The notes under the pieces are model-generated. The model was not told the DNA's origin. It was given only the letters and a program-made list of their open reading frames with translations, and did not search any database. Shown here in pieces: positions 41,787-52,792 of a DNA stretch of 64,000 nt. Position numbers and translations under genes: made by a program. Position 1 is the first letter of the stretch. The number at the start of each line of letters is the position of its first letter. The stretch lies in assembly GCA_963816145.1 (NCBI GenBank), contig CAWFJP010000015.1, positions 128,001-192,000 on the forward strand. Reading direction: 5' to 3'. This DNA is from an uncultured delta proteobacterium (GTDB lineage: Bacteria; Desulfobacterota; Binatia; UBA9968).

Positions 41787-42364
41787 TCAGCGCTTGGCGA
41801 ACTTGAGGTCGTCACCTTTGGCGCGGCGACCGTTCGCACCAACTCGAGTCCGTGCAGGTTGTCGCCGACCCCATCGAACAACCGCTCGCCGCTGCCGAGG
41901 AAGCCGGCACGAGATTGATCTCCATCTCGTCCACGAGGCCGGCAGCGAGATACTGCTGTGCGGCACTCGCGCCGGCGCCGAGCGAGACGTCTTTACCGCC
42001 AGCGGCGCGCCTCGCCAGATCGAGCGCCGTCTCGATGCCGCTGGTGACAAACGTGAAGGTCTCCCGCCTTTAAGTTTAAGCGGTTCACGGGCGTGGTGCG
42101 TGAACACAAAACCGGGTGATGGAATGGCGGATCAACTCCCCACCAACCGGTCCATGGATTCTTGCCATCTCAAGGGCCGGGGTGGCCGCCAAACATGTTG
42201 CGCCCCATCACCGTGGCGCCGATGTTGGCGAGCGATTCCTCGACGACCGGGGTGCTTTCATTGACCTCGCCGCCTTCAAGGCCGAGAAGCGATCGCAACA
42301 CGGCAAGTTGAAATACCCACTCATGCAGACGCCCGCCGCCGACAGTTTGCCCTTTGGCCCACAC
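41787..42364 (-). pseudogene. Fragmented dihydrofolate reductase/RibD C-terminal family gene
   Basis: GGGRLHEWVF and GATVMGRNMF, with further fragments in other frames. Confidence 0.7.
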
Positions 42365-42511
42365 GCTTCCGTCTCAATGATACAAGGTATGCGGTTTGGC
42401 GGAGGTAGTTTTCGCAGCCATCGTCATTGAATCCAGAAAAAGCGAGCGCTTTCGGTTAAGGCCTTAACCGCCGTGTGCTTGCGGGTTCGATGGATAACAA
42501 CCGACTCGACG

Positions 42512-43240
42512 CTAAAGTTCGAGATCCGCCAGGACTTCGTACCAGCTGTTCTGGCCCTTACGGACGGGGTCGATGTTTAGTTCTTGGCGCCAGACAGCGA
42601 GCGGCTTGTCGAGCCCTTCCTCCCAACGGATACCCATCAACGGTTTGATGCGCTCGGCCATGTCCCAGCCGGCGCGCACCGAGTGGACTTGCTGCCCCCA
42701 CCCTTCGACGCGCAACATGCTCAACGCGATGGCGCCGAGATCGATGGTCATGAAAGCCGGGTAGCCGTATTGCAGCGCGGTGATCGCGATGACTCCCAGT
42801 TCGCCGGGACCGATCATGGAAAAGCCGGTGACAATGTGATGAAAGTCGTGGGTCTTGCGCACGCGCATGGTGACGTAGTCGGTCTCCTCGTCGATGCTCG
42901 GGCGGTCGCCGTAGAAGTGGGCCGCATAGCCGAGGCGCTTCATCACCTTGGCGTAGACATAACCGAGGGAGTCGCGCGGATATGTAACTAACTCGTCAAG
43001 GTTCAGTTCAGGTCCCATGTATCGCTCTTCAATGCATTTCCGAGCCGGTGGGTCTGCGCGCATGCGCTCTATGCAGGTTTTCATCACAGGCCGGTTGCGG
43101 AAATGGTCCTCCAACCGCCCCACCGTGGCAGTGTCCTTGCCTTGGCCGAGCGCGAACTCCACCGTCATCTCAAACGCCCGCGCTGCCGGCACAGTGAGAG
43201 CAATCGCCTTTAGTGTGTTTTGCAAATGTTGGTAGCCCAT
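42512..43240 (-). CDS. Coq4 family protein
   Basis: DSLGY, THDFHHIVTGF, GE motif. Confidence 0.8.
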   Translation of the reverse strand: MGYQHLQNTLKAIALTVPAARAFEMTVEFALGQGKDTATVGRLEDHFRNRPVMKTCIERMRADPPARKCIEERYMGPELNLDELVTYPRDSLGYVYAKVMKRLGYAAHFYGDRPSIDEETDYVTMRVRKTHDFHHIVTGFSMIGPGELGVIAITALQYGYPAFMTIDLGAIALSMLRVEGWGQQVHSVRAGWDMAERIKPLMGIRWEEGLDKPLAVWRQELNIDPVRKGQNSWYEVLADLEL

Positions 43241-43413
43241 TCGGGTCCCCTTTCGCGTTGGCGCCAATCATTAGGCCGATAGCCCATATAAGCACCCGAT
43301 TCAACAGTTCGGCAGGCTCTGGCTTCACATCCGCACGGCGTATGGGTGCAGCGATTTCACGGCAGCCTGACGTTCGATATGAGGTAATGGTCAAGTTGGC
43401 GTGGTTCCATGTG

Positions 43414-43488
43414 TTCTAACTCCAGGCATCAGGCGCGGTGGGAGCGCAGCGGATACTGTACGCCGTCGCCGGCAAGCGTTTGTTAGGC
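43414..43488 (-). repeat. attC site (75 bp)
   Basis: TTCTAAC ... GTTAGGC downstream of the stop at 43523. Confidence 0.7.
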
Positions 43489-43522
43489 TGGCTACATTAC
43501 CTGTACCAGTTACGCCGGCAAG

Positions 43523-43990
43523 TTAGCCGTGATTTGCATACTTGTACCTCAGGCCGAGACTTGTGGCGAATGCGCGAACGCGCGACTCTGCGATGACAGG
43601 GGCGATCCACATGCAGTTCGAAAACGCGTCCGGCCACTCAAGCAGAGCCAAGGAGTTGGCGTAGAGGAAGATGTGATCAAAGAGCTCAGGCTCGGCGTGG
43701 TGCAGCGAGGCGTTCGCAAGCACCTCACACAGCAGAGGCGCGAAGCGACAGCGGAACCGCAAAATGCTGCCGGTAGACCAGAGCGTCTGCGGCTTTGGCA
43801 GATATGGACCATCATCGACGTGTTGCTCGAAGATCCGCACGATATCCGGAGCGATCGATGAACCTTCGAAGAAAACCGCAGTCGCTTCGGAAAATGCTGA
43901 AGAAATCGCGTGGAGAAATATCGCGCAGTCAACTGTACCTTCCTCGATCTCCCAGCATGGTCCCATCGGGAGCGAAAGCGGAATTTGCAT
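43523..43990 (-). CDS. Hypothetical cassette protein
   Basis: ORF bounded by attC-like sites. Confidence 0.55.
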   Translation of the reverse strand: MQIPLSLPMGPCWEIEEGTVDCAIFLHAISSAFSEATAVFFEGSSIAPDIVRIFEQHVDDGPYLPKPQTLWSTGSILRFRCRFAPLLCEVLANASLHHAEPELFDHIFLYANSLALLEWPDAFSNCMWIAPVIAESRVRAFATSLGLRYKYANHG

Positions 43991-44022
43991 TGAGCGTGGG
44001 GCGCGCAGCGTCGTTGGGTCTT

Positions 44023-44057
44023 GGCTAACGCTCGTCCGCTGCATGCCGTTGTTGGGC
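44023..44057 (-). repeat. Internally deleted attC remnant
   Basis: GGCTAAC ... GTTGGGC spanning only 35 bp. Confidence 0.45.
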
Positions 44058-44094
44058 GCGGATAGCGCTTGACCACATCCTGCTTGAACCTCGT

Positions 44095-46736
44095 CTAAGC
44101 AATAGCATTCTCCACCCGGGAGTAGAAATACTTCTTGGCCAACTCAGCGGCCAGGACGTAGAATGCCGTTAGTCCGAGCAATGTCAGCATGAGCGATGCG
44201 GGCAACGGGATGAAGCCAAACAGCGAACTGAACGGCAGATACGGCAGTACGAGCGTAACGCCAATGAAGACCAACGTACTCACCAGCAAGAGCGTGCCCG
44301 GGCGGCTGCGGAAGAACGGATGGCGCGTGCGCACGACCAGCGCGATGACGAGCTCGGTCAACAGCGATTCGATAAACCAGCCGGTGCGAAACTCCACCGG
44401 CGCAGCGCGAAATAAAAACAACAATATCCCGAAGGTCAGGAAGTCGAAGAGCGAGCTGACCAGGCCGAAGAGCACCATGTAGTTGCGGATGAACTTGGTA
44501 TTCCAGCGGCGCGGCTTTTCCACCCATTCCGGGTCGACATTGTCGCCGGCGATGGTTATGCCGGGAATGTCGGAAAGAAAGTTGTTGAGCAGGATTTGTG
44601 AAGCGAGCAGGGGCAGAAATGGCAGGAACATCGAAGCGCCGGCCATGCTGAACATGTTGCCGAAGTTGGCGCTGAGTGGTCGTGAGAATGTACTTGAGTG
44701 TATTGGCGAACGTCCTGCGGCCTTCATCGATGCCCTCGCGCAATATGCCCAAATCCGTTTTGAGCAGGACAAAGTCGGCGGCGTCTTTGGCCACATCCAC
44801 CGCGGTGTCCACCGAGAGGCTCACGTCGGCGGCATGCAGGGCCGGCGCGTCGTTGATGCCATCGCCCATATAGCCGACCACGTGCCCGGTCTTGCGCAGC
44901 GCAAGGATGATGCGTTCCTTCTGGTTGGGATCCACTTCCGCGAAGATCGTGGTGCGTTCGGCAAGATGCCAGAGGGCCTCGTCACGCAGGTCGGCCAGCT
45001 CACTGCCGGTCAACACACCCGTGACCTGCAACTTCACCGCCTCCGCGACGTGCCGCGCCACCTTCTGATTATCGCCGGTGACGAGTTTGATTTGCACACC
45101 GCGTTTCGCCAGATCGACGATGACTTGCTGCACATCGGATTTTGGCGGATCGAAGAAGAGCAGAAAGCCGGCGAAAGCGAGGGCGTTTTCATCGGCGCGC
45201 GAATAGGCTTCAGGCCGCCCGTCTACCGTCTTCGTCGCCACACCGAGCACACGGAAGCCTTTGGCGCTCCATTCACTGATACCGCTGCTCGATCCCTGCC
45301 CGCCTCGCCGCATCCAGCGGCCGGACTCCCTCCCCAGTTTGCACGCTGTCACAGATGCTCAGGACGTTATCCAGGGCGCCCTTGGTGATGAGAGTGCGCT
45401 CGCCTTGGGGACCGGCAGTGACCACACTCAGGCGCTTGCGCACGAAGTCATAGGGGATCTCGTCCACCTTTTGTTCGGCGCTGATGTCCGGCCCCGCCTG
45501 TAGCGCGTAAGCTTGAATCGCCTCGTCCAGAGGATTGTTCATACCGGTCTGGAAGTGTGCGTTGAGATAGGCGTAGCGCAGAACGGCCTTGGACGGTTGC
45601 CCCGTTGTATCGAGTGCGCCGTCGAGTCGGACGACACCTTCGGTGAGCGTGCCGGTCTTATCGGTGCACAGCACATCCATGCTGCCGAAGTTTTCGATGG
45701 AGTTCAGGTGGCGCACGATAACGCCGCGTTTGGCCATACGCTGTGCCCCGTGCGAGAGCGTAATGCTGATGATGGCCGGCAAGAGTTCGGGCGCCAGGCC
45801 CACCGCCAGCGCGAGCGAAAAGAGCAGCGAGTCGATCAGCGGCTTGGCAAGGAAAAGGTTGACCGCCAAGACGATAATCACCATCACCAGCATGACCTGT
45901 GTGAGCAGATTTCCGAACCGATGAATGCCGCGTTCGAACTCGGTCTCCAACCGGCGCAGGCTCAGCCGTAGGGCGATCTGGCCGAACACGGTGGCCTTAC
46001 CCGTCTGGACAAGCAGCATCTGGGCGGTTCCGCTCCTGACACTGGTGCCCATGAAGACGGAGTTGGTGCGTTCCGCCAGGCTGGCGTTCGCTGGGACCGT
46101 CCCCGGCTGCTTTTCCACCGGGAAGGTTTCGCCAGTGAGCACGGCCTGGTTGACAAAGAAGTCATTTGCCGCGAGCACGACACCATCGGCGGGGATCAGG
46201 CTACCCGCAGAGAGCAGTACCACATCGCCTGGCACTACTTGCTCGGAGGGCAGCATTTGCGGCTGACCGCCACGTAGCACGCTGGATTTGATAGTGATCC
46301 GTGACCGTAGTTTCTCGACGGCATTGCTGGCACGGTACTCCTGCGCGAAGCCAAGCACCGTGCTGCCGAGCACCACAGCCAGCACAATGCTGGCATCGGT
46401 CCACTCGCCGACAACGAGGGAGACAACCGCGGCGAAGATGAGGATGAGAACAAGCGGGCTTTTGAACTGGTTCAGGAACAGCCCCAATGCGGTGGTCTGC
46501 TGTTGTGCTTTAATCGTGTTCAGCCCGTATCGCATCAGACGTTGTTTAACGTCCGCTGGTTCAAGGCCCTTGTTGGTGGTGCGCAACGCGGCAAGGAGCT
46601 GCTCGGGCGCGCGGCTCCAATAAGCCGCCAGAGTTCCCTGGGCGTCCTGTTGCCCAGCTTGTGGCGGTTTGCGGGGAAAGAAACTGGCGAAGGGTTTCAT
46701 CTCATTCGATTTCTCTGGAACACGTCTGGTTCCCAT
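44095..46736 (-). pseudogene. mgtA: Magnesium-translocating P-type ATPase with two frameshifts (~45275, ~44677)
   Basis: LTGETFP, DKTGTLT, TGDN, GDGINDAPAL, SANFGNMFS spread over three frames. Confidence 0.85.
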
Positions 46737-46806
46737 CTCCCGGAGGCAGCGGCAGGTTCATGGACAAGGAACAGCCTACCCTGGCTCGTTCACGAGCACT
46801 TGCGCA

Positions 46807-46874
46807 TCACCGCCCAGCGTGACAAGCACCCCAAAGCCCCCTGTTGGGCGGTCCGGTTCACGCCATGGTTAGTC
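46807..46874 (-). repeat. Damaged attC (inverse core intact, core lost)
   Basis: accgcccagc...gttgggcggt stem; GTTAGTC overlaps the stop codon of the methyltransferase. Confidence 0.5.
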
Positions 46875-47471
46875 CTTCCGCGCGACGATTGCATAGCGTC
46901 CTTTATCATGCCCCGTTGTCGGTAGGTTCATGAATTCTCCAATGACAATTCGACAACCCAGGCCCTGAAGAATGCGACTCGTCTCCTCCGGAGTGTTTGA
47001 GTCGTAGAAAAACTCTTGCCCAAACATATGGTCGGTAAACGGCGGCTGCTCAGAACCACCAACCGTAAGCATAATCTTCCCGCCTCCAGGGAGCGTCTCG
47101 ACAACTCTGCGTAGTATTTTGGCGTGCGTTGCGCGGTCAATGTGAAAAAGTGAATCCCAGACGATAGCGGCAGCAAATCCGATACTGAATTCGTACTGCT
47201 CAATGGGCGAGAGAATCCACCGCTCGCTTGGGAAGCGAGCCTTGGCCAGCTTTATGAGTTCCTCGGCCTGATCGATTCCGAGGACTTTATGCCCCCTGGA
47301 AATTACATACTCTGCCATCGGACGACCCGCACCACAGCCGACATCGACTACCAGAGAGTTATCCGGCAGATCAGCCAAAAGAATATCCAGGTAGTCTTTT
47401 TCTCGGCCGTAGAATTTTGTCCGGGCTTCATCCCACTGACCGGCAATCCTATTGTAGGAAGCGCGGTTCAT
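46869..47471 (-). CDS. Class I SAM-dependent methyltransferase (cassette)
   Basis: VDVGCGAG, WDSLFH. Confidence 0.85.
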   Translation of the reverse strand: MNRASYNRIAGQWDEARTKFYGREKDYLDILLADLPDNSLVVDVGCGAGRPMAEYVISRGHKVLGIDQAEELIKLAKARFPSERWILSPIEQYEFSIGFAAAIVWDSLFHIDRATHAKILRRVVETLPGGGKIMLTVGGSEQPPFTDHMFGQEFFYDSNTPEETSRILQGLGCRIVIGEFMNLPTTGHDKGRYAIVARKD

Positions 47472-47477
47472 ATGAAG

Positions 47478-47570
47478 GCCTAACGACCCAAGCCCAACGG
47501 CCCCGCCCATGAGGGGCCACGATTGCAACCACAATGCGATGGCCGAGTTCGCCGCAGCGCAAGGTTAGGC
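47478..47570 (-). repeat. attC site (93 bp)
   Basis: GCCTAAC ... GTTAGGC. Confidence 0.8.
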
Positions 47571-47751
47571 ATCATCATCGTCATCTGTATCATGTCACTT
47601 CTGCTCGGCGTCGAGTCGCCAGCCGTCGTCGGTGTGGCCTTTGGCGGCGGAAGCTCACAATACGACTGAAAATCAATCATGCTCATGGTCCCACGCCAAG
47701 CGAGTGCCTAAATTCACAGACCCAGTGCAAAAGATATGGCTAAGGTGTTGC

Positions 47752-47866
47752 ATGGAACACTACTACGAACAGTTTTCGCTTGAAGAGCGCTATACGGTTT
47801 CCCAACTTAGCCAAGCCGGGAAAACAATCCGCCAAATCGCGGCAGCTATGGATGGCGCGCCTAGCG
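47752..47866 (+). mobile_element. IS30-family transposase N-terminal remnant
   Basis: MEHYYEQFSLEERYTVSQLSQAGKTIRQIAAAMDGAPS resembles the IS30 HTH. Confidence 0.65.
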
Positions 47867-48169
47867 CTTTTCCGGCGGTATGGATCTGATTGCGGCTGAA
47901 AACTCTGCATGAGCCACCGGATCAACCGGCCTATGCTTGACCTTGGTACTCGCAGGGTCCTTGCCAAGAAAGTTGTCGCCTTTCCAGTTCCTTATCGGTC
48001 TGATCGGTCTCGGCACAAAGCCGCCCCCGCAGTTCGGGCAGACGTTTTCCAGGACGTTATCGACACACGTGGCGCAAAACGTACACTCATAAGTGCAGAT
48101 GCGCGCTTCAAGCGAGTCGGGAGGCAACGCCTTGTTGCAGTTCTCGCAAGTGGGTCTGAGTTCGAGCAT
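47861..48169 (-). CDS. DUF1272 family protein (copy 1)
   Basis: MLELRPTCENC, ICTYECTFC, CPNCGG. Confidence 0.88.
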   Translation of the reverse strand: MLELRPTCENCNKALPPDSLEARICTYECTFCATCVDNVLENVCPNCGGGFVPRPIRPIRNWKGDNFLGKDPASTKVKHRPVDPVAHAEFSAAIRSIPPEKR

Positions 48170-48249
48170 GGTGTCCCTCTATGACGACTAAGGTTCGCGA
48201 TACGCAGCCGCGAAGAAGCGGTCCGGCCGATCGCGGGGCTGGGCATCGC

Positions 48250-49053
48250 CTAGTTCGCGACGACTGCTCGGACTGCCCAGGCCCGAGCGGATAACGAAAT
48301 CGAACCGTCCGCTTGCAGCGGGATGCGCTCTCGCAGGCGATCGCGTAGGCGCGTCCGCGCGGTCTCCTCAAGGGCCATCGCATACGCAGGTGCTGGTCCC
48401 TGGCCGCCGAGAAACGGCCGCCAGTAGTCTTCGAAAGTGGCAAAGCTCGTCGCGATGTCGATCGCCGTCACTTCGGTTCCGCCCAATCCTGCGCTCGCGA
48501 AAAGCTCAGTGAGCGCCTCCGGACGGCACAATGGGAAACGGGCCCCTTCGTCCAGCTTCGCTGCGTCTGGATTGAGATCAATTGCCGCATCCCAGAAATG
48601 GCGCATCATCTCCATCCTTCCCGCGTAGTCCCAGACGTACGCCGCGATCGTTCCTCCGTCAGTCGTTACCCGCGCCATTTCGCGTACGGCAGCGAGTGCA
48701 TCTGGAACGAAGTTCAAGACGAACCCCGAAACCGCGACGTCGACGGACCGGTCCTCGAGCGGAATCTCCGCAGCACTGCCGCGCCGTAGCAGCACCCGAG
48801 CGCCAAGCTGCTCTTTGGCCTTTTCGAGAAAGCCTTCCGAAGGCTCGACGCCGATGACTGACAGGGGCGAACAATTGTCCAGAATCGCGGCGCTGAGCGC
48901 ACCCGTGCCGCATCCAACATCGAGCCAGCGGCGCTGGGCAGGAATCTTCAACCATGCGAGAAACAGCGGCGCAACCCGACGGCTCCAGCGGCCGACATAC
49001 TGCTCATACGGATCGCCTCGTTCCCACCTGTCCGAGATCTGCGTCGAAACCAT
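48250..49053 (-). CDS. Class I SAM-dependent methyltransferase
   Basis: WLDVGCGTG, AYVWDY; followed by a degenerate attC-like stem at 48186-48259. Confidence 0.88.
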   Translation of the reverse strand: MVSTQISDRWERGDPYEQYVGRWSRRVAPLFLAWLKIPAQRRWLDVGCGTGALSAAILDNCSPLSVIGVEPSEGFLEKAKEQLGARVLLRRGSAAEIPLEDRSVDVAVSGFVLNFVPDALAAVREMARVTTDGGTIAAYVWDYAGRMEMMRHFWDAAIDLNPDAAKLDEGARFPLCRPEALTELFASAGLGGTEVTAIDIATSFATFEDYWRPFLGGQGPAPAYAMALEETARTRLRDRLRERIPLQADGSISLSARAWAVRAVVAN

Positions 49054-49275
49054 GAGATCCTCACTTCAGCGACCCCAATATTAAGGCAACCGGTGCGGCT
49101 TTGCGTGTCCTAGAATTGTATGAGATTTACGATCTCTCCGGCAACATCGGCCGGGGTTTATTCATTCAAGAATAACACGGAGTCAGCCGGGAGCGCCCGG
49201 GCGATTGGCGTCAAATAAATTTGCATTCTGCTCCAATCAGCACCGAGGACATTCTTAATTTGGTCTCGTAGCTAA

Positions 49276-49335
49276 TCTCAACGTTTGAGTGAAGCCGCGC
49301 ACGCCTGGCGCGCCCGCTTGAACGACGGGTCAGAC
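49276..49335 (-). repeat. Degenerate attC (60 bp)
   Basis: TCTCAAC ... GTCAGAC just after the stop at 49341. Confidence 0.55.
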
Positions 49336-49340
49336 GACGC

Positions 49341-49751
49341 TCATCCGTTGATTGGTATGCCCAACTGACGGGCCTGGGATGCAGCGTCCCTGGCGCCCCA
49401 GCGGCGCTTGATCTTGCCGCTGTCAATCTCGAACCACTCCATCGCGACCAATTGATAAGATTTGCCGGTGGGCTGATTGCCAAACGCCGGCGCGCGGAAG
49501 GTTCCCGATTCGATATAGCGCGCCGCCACGACGTTGCCTTCCGCTACCAACCCTTCGATCTTGAGTTGCATGCCGTAGCCCTCAATCAGTTGCCGCCAGA
49601 TGGGCTCGATCTTCTCGAAGACGCCCTTGCCAAAGACACCTTGAATCTCGGCGTCCTCAGCAAGCAATGACTTCAGTTCGTTCAAATCGCCGCGATTAAA
49701 TGCCTCGACATACTGGCGCACAACCTGTTTGGCTTCTTCCTCGATTGACAT
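49341..49751 (-). CDS. SnoaL-like ester cyclase family protein
   Basis: YVEAFNRGD, VAEGNVVAAR, PTGKSY. Confidence 0.8.
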   Translation of the reverse strand: MSIEEEAKQVVRQYVEAFNRGDLNELKSLLAEDAEIQGVFGKGVFEKIEPIWRQLIEGYGMQLKIEGLVAEGNVVAARYIESGTFRAPAFGNQPTGKSYQLVAMEWFEIDSGKIKRRWGARDAASQARQLGIPING

Positions 49752-49774
49752 GATCACTGCCGTTCCTGTTTGCC

Positions 49775-49838
49775 GTCTAACATTCGCGCTCGTCGGCGCG
49801 TCGTTTCGAACCACGTCGGCGGCAAGCAATGGTGAGCC
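49775..49838 (-). repeat. Degenerate attC (64 bp)
   Basis: GTCTAAC ... GTGAGCC. Confidence 0.5.
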
Positions 49839-49858
49839 GCCTTCGCAACCTTTTCATA

Positions 49859-50167
49859 TCACCGCTTCTCGGGCGGGATGTCTCGGATCGCGGCCGCGAA
49901 CTGCGCATGGACGTTCCGATCAACCGGCCTGTGTCTGATTCGCGAGCTGGCGGGATCTTTGCCAAGGTAGTTGTCGCCTTTCCAGTTCTTCGATGGTCGG
50001 ATCGGTCGGGGCACGAAGCCGCCGCCCCAATTCGGGCAGACGTTGTCCAAGATCGTATCGACACATGCCGCGCAGAACGTGCATTCATAGGTGCAGATGC
50101 GCGCCTCAAGCGAATTGGGCGGCAAAGGCTTGTTGCAATTTTCGCAAGTCGGTCTTAGTTCAAGCAT
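49859..50167 (-). CDS. DUF1272 family protein (copy 2)
   Basis: Paralog of 47861-48169; CPNCGG changed to CPNWGG. Confidence 0.85.
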   Translation of the reverse strand: MLELRPTCENCNKPLPPNSLEARICTYECTFCAACVDTILDNVCPNWGGGFVPRPIRPSKNWKGDNYLGKDPASSRIRHRPVDRNVHAQFAAAIRDIPPEKR

Positions 50168-50455
50168 GATCTCTCCCCGGCCCTCGCCTCGACGAAGTGA
50201 TGAGGCCGCTGCACGACAGGACTGATACAGATGGCTGACACATTATGTCTAGGCGGACAGCTATTGGTCGCCACCGGCGATTGGAGTCTCGGTTGTCACT
50301 GAAACGGTAAAAATTGTTGATCGCACCCTGTAGCCGTTCCGGAAACAAATCCTTATCCCACTTTTCTCGGCAAATAACGAGGTACTCGGATGGGCTGAAC
50401 TTTTCTGCCATGGCTTTGTCCTCTGAGTTCAAGATGGCGTGCGGCACGTAGGAGA

Positions 50456-50526
50456 GCCTAACGTTGGACGGAATCAGGCGATGACGTTGGAACGCCGTTG
50501 GCCGTCAGATTGACGGAGGGTTTCCC
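50456..50526 (-). repeat. Degenerate attC
   Basis: GCCTAAC ... ttgacggagg GTTTCCC. Confidence 0.4.
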
Positions 50527-50573
50527 CGCTTTCCAGGCATGACGAAGCACCACACTTACCTGCGGTAATTTGC

Positions 50574-50975
50574 CTACGACGATGCACCATTGCTCCATGC
50601 CGCGCGCTGCAGCACGACGCGGTACCCGTCGTGGTCCTCGAAGGTTCGCCCCAGTTGATCCCAATACGGGTTGAACGATTTGACCTCGACAAAACCGGCA
50701 TCGAGGGCCGATCGGCATGCGCTCTCCCACTCGGATGCGTCTGGCAGATAGAAGACGATGAGGTCCTCAGCCGTTGGTGCCGGCGTGACCGGATGGACGC
50801 GGCAAAAGGTAAACTCGAAGTGATAGCTCAGTCCAGGCCTTCCGAGCATGACGCCATCAAATCCTTCGTGGTCGGCGAATCGTCCGATTTCAATGAGACC
50901 GAGGCCTTTGCAGTACATCCGTACCGACTTTTCCAGTTCCCTAACCGGGCGAGCGATGCGGAGATGAGCTTGCAT
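50574..50975 (-). CDS. VOC family protein (YycE-like)
   Basis: HLRIARP, DHEGFDGVMLG, NPYW, DHDGYRVVL. Confidence 0.85.
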   Translation of the reverse strand: MQAHLRIARPVRELEKSVRMYCKGLGLIEIGRFADHEGFDGVMLGRPGLSYHFEFTFCRVHPVTPAPTAEDLIVFYLPDASEWESACRSALDAGFVEVKSFNPYWDQLGRTFEDHDGYRVVLQRAAWSNGASS

Positions 50976-51301
50976 GGATATGATTCTGATCGATTGAACG
51001 GTGCAACGTCGCAAACAAACGGCCCGTACGGTCCGACGAGTCCCTGAACGCGGCCCGGGTAGACGTTCATCACGATCATCACAGCGGCCTGCTGAGTCAA
51101 GGCCGACGCCTGAGCGCGCAACACAGAAACGCTCCTGAAGCGCGCTAGCGTAAAGACAGCTAGCAATCGACGAGCCAGAGCAGGAGGCGCTTGGCATCGG
51201 CAGTGAGCGGGTTGAGGGAATTCGGCGCTCGGTCGCGGACAAGCAAGCAGCAACGCCCGCTTGGTCCGGATAGCGCCCTTTGCGCGTTTATGCCTGTGCC
51301 A

Positions 51302-51652
51302 TCATAGCGCCACTCCAGCAGCATGCCGATCAACGCGCTTTTGAAATCGCTCGCTGCTCGCACTGCATGCGGCGCATTGGCCGGCATGGTAGATGGTTTC
51401 GCCCTCCTGCAGCCGGTATTTTTCCCCTGCTATTTCTATCTCTGCTTCCCCTTCCACACAGATCACCAGCGCATCGAATGGGGCGGTGTGCTCGCTAAGC
51501 CCTTCTCCCTTGCTGAACGCAAATAGCGTCACTGTGCCGCCAGGATTCTTCAGTAGAATCCGGCTCACAATCGAACCCTTTTGATATTGCGCGAGACTCT
51601 TAAGACTCTTTGCTTCGGCAGCCTGCCGGTTTCTCACATCGCTTTTTTCCAT
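51302..51652 (-). pseudogene. Cupin domain protein, frameshifted near 51390
   Basis: GLSEHTAPFDA; the continuation MPANAPHAV is in another frame. Confidence 0.7.
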
Positions 51653-51787
51653 CGGAATTCCTCGCTTCAAACGCTAGTCACCTCTAAACCGTCCCTCCGA
51701 ATCGATAGCGCCCGCGGTATCATCTAACCCGGCTGACGTCGATCGCAAGCAGCAAGCCCAGGTCGTAGAATTGTACGCGTCAGTTCG

Positions 51788-52234
51788 CTACCCCGTAATC
51801 TCGGCTTCGACGAGTTGCGCAAGCAGGGTGAGCGATTCCTGCCACCCGAGATAGCAAGCCTGGGGCGGAATCGAGTCGGGTACCCCTTCTTGCAGGACGT
51901 TCAACTCGGTCCCACAGAATACCTTTTCCAGAGACACCGTCGTCTGCATTACTCCAGGCAAGTTCGGGTCGTCGAACTTGTCCGTGTGGCGAATGCGCTC
52001 GTATGGCACCAGTTCAAGGTACTCACCACCAAACGAGTGGCTTTGGCCGGTCGTGAAGTTCGTGAACGACATCTTGTAGGTGCCGCCGACCCTGGCATCC
52101 AGATGGTGAACTTTTCCGGTAAACCCATTCGGCGGAAGCCACTTGACCATTGCGTCGGCATCGAGGAAGGCCCGATAGACTCTTTCGGGCGTCGCACGGA
52201 GCACGCGGTGAAGCCGGATGATGTTTGTGGGCAT
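51788..52234 (-). CDS. SRPBCC/AHSA1 family protein
   Basis: PERVYRAFLD, CYLGWQESL. Confidence 0.88.
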   Translation of the reverse strand: MPTNIIRLHRVLRATPERVYRAFLDADAMVKWLPPNGFTGKVHHLDARVGGTYKMSFTNFTTGQSHSFGGEYLELVPYERIRHTDKFDDPNLPGVMQTTVSLEKVFCGTELNVLQEGVPDSIPPQACYLGWQESLTLLAQLVEAEITG

Positions 52235-52314
52235 GATGATTTCGCCTTTCTATGTGTGTTGCTTGGTGAGTTGGTCTCGCACTTGCGCAGCGGTACCGAT
52301 GGATAAGTTGTGAC

Positions 52315-52405
52315 GCCTAACGGCCGCGACTCAGACGCCGCCGACCACTGCACGCGAACAAAGGTGCACGCTTCTTTGCGGTCGCTCTGAAGCCACCTGT
52401 TAAGT
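52315..52405 (-). repeat. attC site (91 bp)
   Basis: GCCTAAC ... GTTAAGT overlapping the GFA stop codon. Confidence 0.85.
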
Positions 52406-52789
52406 GTCAAGCTTGATCCTGCTGCCATAAATTCTCTTGATCGGAATCGACTCAAGATCGATTCCTTCGAGACACCTGACGTTAACCGCCCAACCGTCGA
52501 ACGGCTCTACTCCTTCCTTCAATTCCTGTGACGTTGGGTCGCTTGGGCGTCTAAACGGAAGAATGCCGCAGACCGAACAGAAGTAGTCCTTTGCAGTTCG
52601 CGAACCCCATCGATAAAGCACGAGATCGTTCCACGACGTAAGCAGGCGGAGATTCTCTTTTGGCACCCGATGATTCAGCGCTCCTCGCCTGCGGCAAACC
52701 GAACAGTCGCACACTCGTACATGGTCGATTTGTGCATCTACCTCAAAACGGACTCTCCCGCAATGACAAGAGCCTCGGTATGTCTTCAT
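52400..52789 (-). CDS. GFA family protein (cassette)
   Basis: GSCHCG, CDCSVC, FCSVCG, VNVRCL. Confidence 0.9.
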   Translation of the reverse strand: MKTYRGSCHCGRVRFEVDAQIDHVRVCDCSVCRRRGALNHRVPKENLRLLTSWNDLVLYRWGSRTAKDYFCSVCGILPFRRPSDPTSQELKEGVEPFDGWAVNVRCLEGIDLESIPIKRIYGSRIKLDT

Positions 52790-52792
52790 GAT

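Noticed and set aside
42453-42470. Perfect 18-bp palindrome CGGTTAAGGCCTTAACCG
   Set aside because: Contains core-like heptamers but in the wrong order and with no spacer for an attC; no function can be supported
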